Positions 55,994-64,000 of a stretch of 64,000 nucleotides of DNA are shown in pieces; positions within the stretch are counted from its first letter, which is position 1, and every line of letters starts with the position of its first letter. The notes beneath the pieces were generated by a model. The model was given only the letters and a program-made list of their open reading frames with translations. It did no database searches and was not told the origin of the DNA. The translations under genes and the position numbers were made by a program. Origin of the DNA: Nitrospirota bacterium (GTDB lineage: Bacteria > Nitrospirota > UBA9217); contig CAVUCU010000004.1 in the NCBI GenBank assembly GCA_963740085.1, positions 448,001 through 512,000 on the forward strand, written 5' to 3'.

Positions 55994-56215
55994 GGGCTTG
56001 GCCGTGTCTGCCTGGCTTTGTTACAGCATCGGTCTTTTCTACCTAACCATGCTTGTGCGCGAACCTGTTCATGGGATGCAGCGGGTCCTGGAAAGGCAAA
56101 GAGTTCTGCCGTCCCCCTGCGTCGGGTAGCTCTGACGCGAGAGACACGCATAGCAATGCTGCACTGATCATAGTTACAAGAGCAAGACAAGGCAGACACG
56201 GCCGAGCCCTTTTTT
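55994..56215 (+). ncRNA. Candidate rod-shaped structured RNA (6S-like) or empty MITE
   Basis: 19-bp closing stem 55994-56012 / 56191-56209 (one G-U), nested inner helices, then T6. Confidence 0.4.
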
Positions 56216-56444
56216 AAAGGGCAAGGGTGGAGTGATGCGAGTCCTGCATATCAGGGTGGAGGTACTGTACCTCTTCCCGGCATGCTGCATGGCCGAGTGA
56301 TGAGCTGCCCCAAAAAAAATCAATGCACACCTGGGACAAGCGCCAACCTAGATAACATTCAGGAAACAGATTGTTAGTGAAGAATAAAAAGCGATACATG
56401 CATTTAAGTGACACACAGAAAAGTCAGAAGAGCCATAAAAAACG

Positions 56445-57212
56445 ATGAAGCCGAAAAAGCAAATAAATACCAAACCGGCAAATGGAAAAACGAAACAGCC
56501 GGGGGCCCTGGTCAGGACAGAAAATAGATTGTCCGAAGACAGGGCTAAGATTTTGAAGCGCATACGCCTTTTTCATGGTCTTACCGATACCGAGCTGTTC
56601 GAACTCTCGCCGAAGGTGATACTGAGAGATTTCAAAAAGAACCACGTAATACTCCATGAGGAGGATACGAACAGCTTCATGTATATTATTGTCCAAGGCA
56701 AGGTCAAGATCTATCAGATCGGGAACCAGGGAAAGGAAATGATCCTTTCCGTCCACGGCTCTGGAGAGTTTTTCGGAGAGATGTCCCTTATTGACGGAAA
56801 GACAGACCCCGCAACGGTTGCCGCGATGGAATCCTCCATAATAGCGGTCATTTCACGGAACGATTTCTACGATCTCCTGCACTCCCAGAAAAAGATGCTG
56901 GAGAATTTGCTTGAGCTACTGTGTTCCCGGCTTCGTGAATCATGGAAAAAGATCCAGATGTTGAATTTTAACGACGCAGCGCAAAGGATCAAGATGCTTC
57001 TGCTTATACTCTCGGAAGACTATGGAGAAAAAACTCAGACAGGGTCGACCCTCAGGATCAAACTTATTCATCAGAACATCGCGGATATGACCGGCCTCAC
57101 GCGTGAAACGGTTACCCGGGTGCTTGACAAATGGAAGAGAAACGGCGAAATAAGAATGACGAAAGATAAATTTATCCACCTTAATCAAGAATTTGAATCA
57201 ATTCAGCTCTAG
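56445..57212 (+). CDS. Crp/Fnr family transcriptional regulator
   Basis: cNMP-binding GEFFGEMSL; HTH IADMTGLTRETVTRVL. Confidence 0.93.
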   Translation: MKPKKQINTKPANGKTKQPGALVRTENRLSEDRAKILKRIRLFHGLTDTELFELSPKVILRDFKKNHVILHEEDTNSFMYIIVQGKVKIYQIGNQGKEMILSVHGSGEFFGEMSLIDGKTDPATVAAMESSIIAVISRNDFYDLLHSQKKMLENLLELLCSRLRESWKKIQMLNFNDAAQRIKMLLLILSEDYGEKTQTGSTLRIKLIHQNIADMTGLTRETVTRVLDKWKRNGEIRMTKDKFIHLNQEFESIQL

Positions 57213-57375
57213 TACTTTACTCGCAGAAGCGTTTGTTTCTCTCGCTGGTATGTACAAATTTCCGCTAATGATAAGCTTCATCCAACCTTGATCCTTCTCT
57301 TTACGCCGTCTTTCTGCCAAAAAGCTGATTCATCTTCTTTCTTGGATAAAAAAATTGGCTAGGAAGTTTTTATCC

Positions 57376-57404
57376 TTGACAAAACCTCTGAAATTTCATA
57401 CAAT
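57376..57404 (+). promoter_or_regulatory. sigma70 promoter for tRNA-Val/thrS
   Basis: TTGACA-17 nt-TACAAT. Confidence 0.75.
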
Positions 57405-57427
57405 TCGCTTTTGCAAATATAATATAT

Positions 57428-57502
57428 AGGCTCGTAGCTCAGGGGGAGAGCGCTACCTTGACACGGTAGAGGTCGGCGGTTCGATACCGCCCGGGCCTAC
57501 CA
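57428..57502 (+). tRNA. tRNA-Val (GAC)
   Basis: Acceptor AGGCTCG/CGGGCCT-A-CCA; anticodon arm ctacc-ttGACac-ggtag; T arm ggcgg-TTCGATA-ccgcc. Confidence 0.97.
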
Positions 57503-57541
57503 TGATTTAATTACCGTACTATCATCTATGTTATCAATCAT

Positions 57542-59461
57542 ATGAGTGAAATACAGCTCAGGCTGCCTGACGGTCAGGACAGAAAGTATGCCTCTGGCAT
57601 CACCGGTCAGGAAGTTGCCGAGAAAATCGGCTCTCGCCTCGCTAAAGACGCGCTTGCCATTAAAATTGACGGTCATCTTCAGGATCTCAACATTCCGGTT
57701 GAACGCAGCGCCGGGATTGCGATCGTGACCTTTGACGTGCCTGAGGGACGCGAAGTGTACTGGCACAGCACCTCGCATCTCATGGCGCACGCGGTGAAGC
57801 AGCTTTTCCCGCAGGCAAAGCTCGCCATCGGCCCGGCGATCGAAGAAGGGTTTTACTACGACTTCGATCTCGATCGTCCCTTTACGCCGGAGGACCTTGA
57901 GAAGATCGAGAAGAAGATGGCGGAACTGGCCAAGGCAGCTGTCGTCATAACGAGAAAGACGTTTTCCCGGGCCGAGGCCCTGGCGTTCTTTGAAAAGAAG
58001 GGTGAGACTTACAAGGTAGAGCTCATCAGCGAGCTGCCGGAAAACGACGTGATCTCGATCTATGAGCAGGGAGATTTCGCGGACCTCTGTCGTGGACCGC
58101 ATGTCCGGACCACGGCGAAGATCAAGGCCTTCAAGCTCCTCTCTGTCGCAGGCGCCTACTGGCGCGGCAGCGAAAAGAACAAGATGCTGCAGCGTATCTA
58201 CGGCATCTCGTTTCCGGCGAAGGACGCGCTCGACGCCTATGTCGCGAGAATCGAGGAGATCAAGCGGAGGGACCACCGGAAGCTCGGCAAGGACCTGGAC
58301 CTGTTTTCCGTGTCTGACGAGGTGGGCGGCGGCCTGGTGCTGTGGCATCCCCGTGGCGCGCTTATCCGGAAGACCATCGAGGACTTCTGGCGCGACGAAC
58401 ACCAGAAGAACGGCTACGACTTCGTGTTCTCTCCTCATGTGGGCCGCGCAAATCTGTGGGAGACCTCCGGTCATCTCGGCTTTTACCGAGAAAACATGTA
58501 TTCGTCCATGGAAGTGGAAGGGCAGGAGTACTATGTAAAGCCGATGAACTGCCCGTTCCACATCATGATCTACAAGAATAAGCTTCGCTCCTACCGCGAA
58601 CTGCCGCTGCGGTACGCTGAGCTTGGTACGGTGTACCGGTTCGAGCGCTCAGGCGTGTTGCACGGTTTGCTGCGTGTTCGGGGTTTTACGCAGGATGACG
58701 CCCATATCTTCGTGGCACCGGAGGATATGGAGACGGAAGTTATCCGGGTCATCGGTTTTGTCGTAAAAATGCTCAGGACCTTCGGGTTCGAGGACTTCAA
58801 GGCCTATATCGCAACGCGACCGGAAAAATCTGTTGGAGATAACGCAGTGTGGGAGCAGGCAACGCAAGCGCTCAAGGTTGCCGCTGAAAAGGTCAAGCTT
58901 GGATACGAAATCGATGAAGGCGGCGGGGCATTCTACGGTCCAAAGATCGATATCAAGATCAAGGACGCCCTTGGAAGATTGTGGCAGTGCTCCACGGTCC
59001 AATTCGACTTCAACATGTCGGAAAGATTCGATATGAGCTTTATCGGTGTTGACAATCAGGCGCATCGACCGTATATGATCCATCGTGCTCTGCTAGGGTC
59101 TATCGAACGCTTTTTTGGCATGTTGATCGAGCATTATGCCGGCGCGTTCCCCGTCTGGCTCGCGCCGGTGCAGGCCAAGGTGGTGTGCATCACCGACAAG
59201 CAGTTCGAATATGCCAGGGGCGTTCGGGAAGAACTGCTTGCCGCTGGAATCAGGGCCGAGCTCGATGCCCGGTCTGAGAAGATCGGTTTCAAGATCCGCG
59301 AAGCCGCGATGGAGAAAGTGCCCTACATCCTCGTGGTGGGGGACAAGGAAGTACAGCAGAATATGGTTGCGGTGCGCGAACGCGGCGGCAAGGACCTGGG
59401 CGCGATGCCGCTTGCGGAGTTCATTGATAAGACGCTGAAGGATATCCGTGAGAAACGGTAA
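57542..59461 (+). CDS. thrS: Threonine--tRNA ligase
   Basis: TGS domain, HSTSHLMA, DLCRGPH, RDHRKLG, KPMNCPFH, RVRGFTQDDAH, AFYGPKID, IHRA. Confidence 0.98.
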   Translation: MSEIQLRLPDGQDRKYASGITGQEVAEKIGSRLAKDALAIKIDGHLQDLNIPVERSAGIAIVTFDVPEGREVYWHSTSHLMAHAVKQLFPQAKLAIGPAIEEGFYYDFDLDRPFTPEDLEKIEKKMAELAKAAVVITRKTFSRAEALAFFEKKGETYKVELISELPENDVISIYEQGDFADLCRGPHVRTTAKIKAFKLLSVAGAYWRGSEKNKMLQRIYGISFPAKDALDAYVARIEEIKRRDHRKLGKDLDLFSVSDEVGGGLVLWHPRGALIRKTIEDFWRDEHQKNGYDFVFSPHVGRANLWETSGHLGFYRENMYSSMEVEGQEYYVKPMNCPFHIMIYKNKLRSYRELPLRYAELGTVYRFERSGVLHGLLRVRGFTQDDAHIFVAPEDMETEVIRVIGFVVKMLRTFGFEDFKAYIATRPEKSVGDNAVWEQATQALKVAAEKVKLGYEIDEGGGAFYGPKIDIKIKDALGRLWQCSTVQFDFNMSERFDMSFIGVDNQAHRPYMIHRALLGSIERFFGMLIEHYAGAFPVWLAPVQAKVVCITDKQFEYARGVREELLAAGIRAELDARSEKIGFKIREAAMEKVPYILVVGDKEVQQNMVAVRERGGKDLGAMPLAEFIDKTLKDIREKR

Positions 59462-59534
59462 CAAAATTATCAATTTAGAATTTTCAATTTGCAATTTACA
59501 ATTCCGGCGCAGCCGGTCAAGGGGGTGATTGTTT

Positions 59535-60068
59535 ATCAGTAAGATTACGACGAGAATCAATTTTATGATCAAGGTGAAGGATGTCCGCGTTATTTCGGCG
59601 GAAGGCGAACAGCTGGGAATCCTCGATACCCGTGAGGCGATCAAAAGGGCGGAAGATGCCGGACTCGACCTGGTTGAAGTAGCGCCCACGGCAAAGCCTC
59701 CGGTTTGTCGTATCATGGATTTCGGAAAATATAAATACGAGATCGCCAAGAAGGCACATGAATCCAAGAAGCACCAGAGCGTTATCGTCGTTAAAGAGAT
59801 CAAGATGAGGCCTCGTACCGACGACCATGATGTGCAGTTCAAAACGAACAACATCAAACGCTTCCTTGATGAAGGCAACAAAGTCAAGGTGACCGTGATG
59901 TTCCGTGGCCGGGAGATGGCCCACACAACCCACGGAAGGGCATTGCTGGATCGCATCCTGGCTGATCTGCAGAACGATGCTGCCGTGGAACAGTCGCCGC
60001 GCATGGAAGGCCGAAATATGACGATGATGCTCGGGGCCAAGATAAAAGACGCGGTGATAAAAAAATAG
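59535..60068 (+). CDS. infC: Translation initiation factor IF-3, probable non-canonical ATC start
   Basis: LDLVEVAP..PPVCRIMDFGKYKY, KEIKMRP, MFRGRE; GGGGGTG lies 7 nt before ATC 59535. Confidence 0.95.
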   Translation: MSKITTRINFMIKVKDVRVISAEGEQLGILDTREAIKRAEDAGLDLVEVAPTAKPPVCRIMDFGKYKYEIAKKAHESKKHQSVIVVKEIKMRPRTDDHDVQFKTNNIKRFLDEGNKVKVTVMFRGREMAHTTHGRALLDRILADLQNDAAVEQSPRMEGRNMTMMLGAKIKDAVIKK

Positions 60069-60168
60069 ACCAACGCAATGAACAGTGAGTGATGCCACGG
60101 AAGAACGTTCTTCCGTTGTTACCATAAAGGAAGCGGCAAAAACCTGATATTTCGGAGGGGGAAGAGAA

Positions 60169-60390
60169 ATGGCAAAGGCCAAGGCAAAGATAAAATTGAA
60201 GACCAGAAAGAGTACGGCCAAAAGAATAAAGATAACAGGCACGGGCAAGGTCATGAGGCGCAAGGGATGGAAGGGACATCTGTTATCGGGCAAGAACGCT
60301 ACACGCAGGAGACGGCTTTCCGGGGCGGTGGAGCTTACCAAAGATAATCTGGAGAATGTCAAACAGATGCTTCCGTACGGCGTCAAATAA
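60169..60390 (+). CDS. rpmI: 50S ribosomal protein L35
   Basis: KLKTRKSTAKRIKITGTGK...HLLSGK; located between infC and rplT. Confidence 0.93.
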   Translation: MAKAKAKIKLKTRKSTAKRIKITGTGKVMRRKGWKGHLLSGKNATRRRRLSGAVELTKDNLENVKQMLPYGVK

Positions 60391-60500
60391 TAATTAAAAT
60401 GAGATGACAGGAGTCAGAGGACAGAAGGTAGGTCATATGAGTTGTTTTATTTCTCGTCTGAATCTATCATCTGGCATCGTGATTTAAGGAGGAAGAAGAA

Positions 60501-60854
60501 ATGCCTAGAGCTAAAGGCGGCCCCAAGACGAGGGCCAGAAGAAAAAGGGTGCTTGACCAGGCAGAGGGCTACTGGGGAGCAAAATCAAAACTTTTCCGCA
60601 GTGCTACCGAACAAGTGGACCGTTCGCTTAAGTATGCGTATCGTGACCGGAAAGCCCGGAAGAGGGATTTCCGCAGACTCTGGATAGCGCGCATCAATGC
60701 GGCAGCCAGGCTGAACGGAGTTACGTACAGCAGGTTCATCGCCGGCCTCGCAAAGTCCGGTGTGGCGCTTGACCGTAAGATCCTTGCAGACCTTGCGATC
60801 ACGGATCCGTCCGGCTTCGCGAAGCTTGTGGATACAGCCAAGGCAGCATCATAA
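60501..60854 (+). CDS. rplT: 50S ribosomal protein L20
   Basis: YAYRDRKARKRDFRRLWIARINAA, LDRKILADLA. Confidence 0.97.
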   Translation: MPRAKGGPKTRARRKRVLDQAEGYWGAKSKLFRSATEQVDRSLKYAYRDRKARKRDFRRLWIARINAAARLNGVTYSRFIAGLAKSGVALDRKILADLAITDPSGFAKLVDTAKAAS

Positions 60855-60922
60855 AAGGTCTATGAATAAAGGGTAACTGTCAACTGGCAAGGTTGATAAG
60901 TTATTCAGTCCGTTCTATCGCT

Positions 60923-60948
60923 GGCCCCGGTTCTTCCGGGGCCTTTTT
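60923..60948 (+). terminator. Rho-independent terminator after rplT
   Basis: ggccccgg-ttctt-ccggggcc followed by ttttt. Confidence 0.85.
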
Positions 60949-60995
60949 ATTGTTGACATCTCCCCGTAATTCGGTTAAAAATCAACAGGAAAACT

Positions 60996-62816
60996 ATGTT
61001 TAATCGCTGCCGATCATTTATCGCAGCCTTCATGGCCTGCGCCATCCCGCTGCTTGTTGCAGCACCTGTGTACCCGTCTTACAATACAGAGGCCGGGCAT
61101 AAGTATACTGTCGCCCGCCAGCGCCTGGAAAACCTCAAGAAATCCAAAAATAAAATGAAATATAGGTCCTATTGGCTGGATTGCATCAGGACCTTCGAGC
61201 TGGTAGAAAAAAAATACCCTCGAAGTCCGAGTGCGGGGGACGCTTGCTTTGATAAGGCCGCAATATATAATGAACTCTATCATTACAATAAATATTCGAA
61301 AGATATCGCAGAGGCGCTCCAGTCCTACGCTGAGTGCCAGTCCAGGTATGCCAGGAATAGCAGGGCGCCTGAAGCGCTCTATCATATTATCGAACTCTCT
61401 CTGAAGTATAAGAATGACGACGATCTTGCGAAGGAAACCTATGAGAAACTCACCAAGTCATATCCTGACAGCTCCTGGACCAATAAGGCGAAGGCGCAAC
61501 TCGTCCCTGCTGTAAGAACGGTCAGGAAAAGAGGTCGGCAGGAAACGAAAATTCGAAAGATGCCTGTGCCGGCAATAGAAGCCTCTGGCAAGGGAAAGCC
61601 CGCTGGTGTAGTGCAGAGTATTCGTTACTGGTCGGGCGGTGCGTATACCCGTATTGTCATCGATCAGGATAAACCCGTGGAGTTTAATGCCTATGAGCTC
61701 AAAAGACCGGACCGCCTGGTCTTTGATCTTTTGGACACTCGGTTGTCGGCTTCAGTTGAAAAAGATCCGATGCCCGTGAACGACGGTATACTGAAACAGG
61801 TCCGGTCGAGTCAGAATAAACCGGATATCGTACGGGTAGTCCTCGATCTCGCAAGTATCAAAAGTTACTCTGCCTTTCCACTCCATGATCCCGAGAGGCT
61901 TGTGATCGATGTTACCGGTGAGGGCGGAAGGGAGTCCGGAACCGATTTATCAACCAGAGCATCCGGATCACCGCATAACGAAGCGCTTTCAGCAGAAGCT
62001 GATATCCAGGCAAGCGTCGAGCCGCAGTCACCGATTACGCTTCCTTCGAAGACACATGATGGTAACAATAATATCGGCGATTCGTTATCCATATCACGTC
62101 AACTCGGGCTCAAGATCAAGACCATTGCCATCGACGCCGGTCATGGTGGCCGTGACCCCGGAGCAATGAGCAGGGGTGGTTTGAAGGAAAAGACCATAAC
62201 CCTCGATATCGCAAAGAGGCTGGCAGCGCTCGTAAAGGAACGTTTGGGGTGCACGGTCGTGATGACCCGCGACAAAGATGTGTTTATCCCGCTCGAGGAG
62301 AGGCCATTCATCGCAAAGTCCAAGGGCGCTGATCTCTTTGTTTCTATCCATGTGAATGCCAACCGCAAACGCAAGGCACGGGGGATCGAGACATACATCC
62401 AGAGCCTCAGGGCCTCGGACCGCGATGCCATGGCTACTGCTGCGCGTGAGAACTCCATGTCAACCAAGCGTTTGAGTGAACTGAAATCAGAATTGGACAG
62501 GATATTCGCTGACCTGGCTAAGGACGATAAACTGGAGGAATCTCTCCAACTGGCGCATGCCGTGCAGGGATCGCTCGTAGACACGATGAAGCCGATCAAG
62601 GGGCATGTCGTGAACCTGGGTGTTAAGCGCGCGTTCTTTTATGTGCTGATCAATACTGAGATGCCGAGCATCCTCGCAGAAGTGGGATTTATCAGCAACC
62701 CTGAGGAAGAAAAACTTCTTAAAACAGAGGTGTATCGACAGAGCATTGCTGAGGCGTTGTACGAGGGTGTGAAAAAGTATGTTGAGTCCCGGTCGCCGCA
62801 GATGATGGGAATTTGA
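60996..62816 (+). CDS. N-acetylmuramoyl-L-alanine amidase (TPR-like + AMIN + Amidase_3; AmiC-like)
   Basis: YTRIVID and DRLVFD AMIN motifs; IDAGHGGRDPGA; SIHVNA; LAEVGFISN. Confidence 0.93.
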   Translation: MFNRCRSFIAAFMACAIPLLVAAPVYPSYNTEAGHKYTVARQRLENLKKSKNKMKYRSYWLDCIRTFELVEKKYPRSPSAGDACFDKAAIYNELYHYNKYSKDIAEALQSYAECQSRYARNSRAPEALYHIIELSLKYKNDDDLAKETYEKLTKSYPDSSWTNKAKAQLVPAVRTVRKRGRQETKIRKMPVPAIEASGKGKPAGVVQSIRYWSGGAYTRIVIDQDKPVEFNAYELKRPDRLVFDLLDTRLSASVEKDPMPVNDGILKQVRSSQNKPDIVRVVLDLASIKSYSAFPLHDPERLVIDVTGEGGRESGTDLSTRASGSPHNEALSAEADIQASVEPQSPITLPSKTHDGNNNIGDSLSISRQLGLKIKTIAIDAGHGGRDPGAMSRGGLKEKTITLDIAKRLAALVKERLGCTVVMTRDKDVFIPLEERPFIAKSKGADLFVSIHVNANRKRKARGIETYIQSLRASDRDAMATAARENSMSTKRLSELKSELDRIFADLAKDDKLEESLQLAHAVQGSLVDTMKPIKGHVVNLGVKRAFFYVLINTEMPSILAEVGFISNPEEEKLLKTEVYRQSIAEALYEGVKKYVESRSPQMMGI

Positions 62817-62925
62817 GGCCGTTACGGGTGATGAGTGAAAAGTGGAAAGCAGGATGTTGCGCACGGGATGAAGGAAGAGAGAAGTTTTTATTGCTCATTA
62901 CCGATCACCCATCACGTTGTACTGA

Positions 62926-64000
62926 TCACGATTTTACCGCCCCTGCCGTTCCGCTTCCCGCGATCAAATAGGCATCAATGAACTGGTTGAGATCGCCATC
63001 CATGACTGCGTTCACATTCCCGGACTCCGCGCCAGTGCGGTGGTCCTTCACCAGCTGATAGGGCTGGAACACGTAGGACCGTATCTGGCTTCCCCAGGCG
63101 ATGTCCTTCTTCTCGCTCACCAGCTTGTCGAGTTTGTCATCATGCTCTTTCTTCCTCAGCTCGTACAGCCTCGAACGAAGCACCTTCATCGCCACGTTCT
63201 TGTTCTTGAGCTGTGATCGCTCGTTCTGGCACTGAACTACGATGTTCGTGGGAAGGTGGGTAATGCGCACCGCCGAATCGGTCTTATTCACATGCTGGCC
63301 GCCGGCGCTTGACGCACGATAAGTGTCGATGCGCAGGTCCTTTTCATCGATACCGATATCAATGTCGTCTTCTACCTCGGGATACACATAGACCGAGGCG
63401 AAGGATGTATGTCTGCGTTTGTTCGTATCAAAGGGCGAGATGCGAACGAGACGATGCACGCCGGCTTCCGCCTTCAATTTGCCGTAGGCGTAAGCGCCGG
63501 AAACCGTGAATGTGACCGACTTGACGCCAGCCTCTTCGCCATTCTGGTAGTCGAGGATCTCGGTCCTATAGCCCTGCGCCTCTGCCCAGCGCAGATACAT
63601 GCGCATCAGCATCTCGGCCCAGTCCTGGGCTTCGGTACCGCCGGCGCCGGGGTGGATCGAGACGATGGCGTTGGTAATGTCCTGTTCGCCCGAGAGGAGC
63701 GCCGCGATCTCTGCAGCCGAGATGTCCTTCCGGATGGATTCGATGTCGCGCTCCAGATCGGCGCGCATGTCGTCGCCGCCTTCTTCCGCCGCCAGCTCCG
63801 CCATGGCCTCGAGGTCATGAAACCGTGTCGAAAGAGAGTTCCAATCCTTGAGCGAGCGTTCAAGCGCGGCTTTATCCTTCATAAGCGCGTTTGCTTTGTC
63901 TTTGTTGTCCCAAAAGCCCGAGGCTTCCATGAGGAGGGTAAGTTCGGTCAGTTTTGCTTCTTTGGCAGGAGTGTCAAAGATGCCTCCGCAGGGTCTCTAT
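62926..64000 (-). CDS. prfB: Peptide chain release factor 2 (5' end beyond the window; programmed +1 frameshift)
   Basis: GAGGTEAQDW, HRLVRISPF (SPF), GGQHVN, WGSQIRSY; CTT TGA C shift site. Confidence 0.97.
63973..63987 (-). promoter_or_regulatory. prfB +1 programmed frameshift site
   Basis: Minus strand reads GGAGG cat CTT TGA C: internal SD, 3-nt spacer, slippery Leu codon and UGA. Confidence 0.95.

Noticed and set aside
55840-56414. Short ORFs upstream of the Crp/Fnr gene
   Set aside because: Mutually overlapping with no motifs; base-pairing explains the region better.
57428-57502. tRNA-Val as the integration site of the island
   Set aside because: No integrase and no duplicated tRNA 3' end were seen; the tRNA leads directly into thrS.
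57497-60386. Long minus-strand ORFs (57497..58561, 59093..60073, 59517..60386)
   Set aside because: Antisense shadows of thrS/infC/rpmI caused by codon bias; no recognisable motifs.

Overview
Bacterial chromosomal window, probably Nitrospirota or Desulfobacterota-like (inferred from gene content only). About 54 kb is a large exopolysaccharide/surface-glycan island: priming sugar transferase, aminosugar and uronic-acid pathway genes, Wzx, a Wzy-like protein, GT2/GT4 enzymes, FkbM, galE and wbpA. It also holds four giant modular secreted proteins (Ig/FN3/LamG/DUF4082 modules with PHP-hydrolase, deacetylase-like, DMFase-like and GH-like domains), a sigma54 promoter, prsK/prsR and a truncated exosortase. 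The right end is intact core genome: Crp/Fnr, tRNA-Val(GAC), thrS-infC-rpmI-rplT, an AMIN amidase and prfB with its programmed frameshift. Many island genes are split by 1-bp indels, probably long-read errors. The most striking structure is nested: a ~270-bp element made only of a GIY-YIG nuclease ORF between 12-bp terminal inverted repeats is inserted in a four-helix-bundle gene, which is itself bracketed by inverted arrays of short repeats. Decayed relics of similar inverted-repeat-bracketed mini-cassettes occur elsewhere in the window. Other leads are a dockerin/putative cohesin-lipoprotein pair, a priming glycosyltransferase with a degenerate GGDEF-like domain retaining RxxD, and a rod-shaped ~215-nt candidate ncRNA. 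No CRISPR array, rRNA or transposase was seen. All family assignments are by eye; no searches were run.
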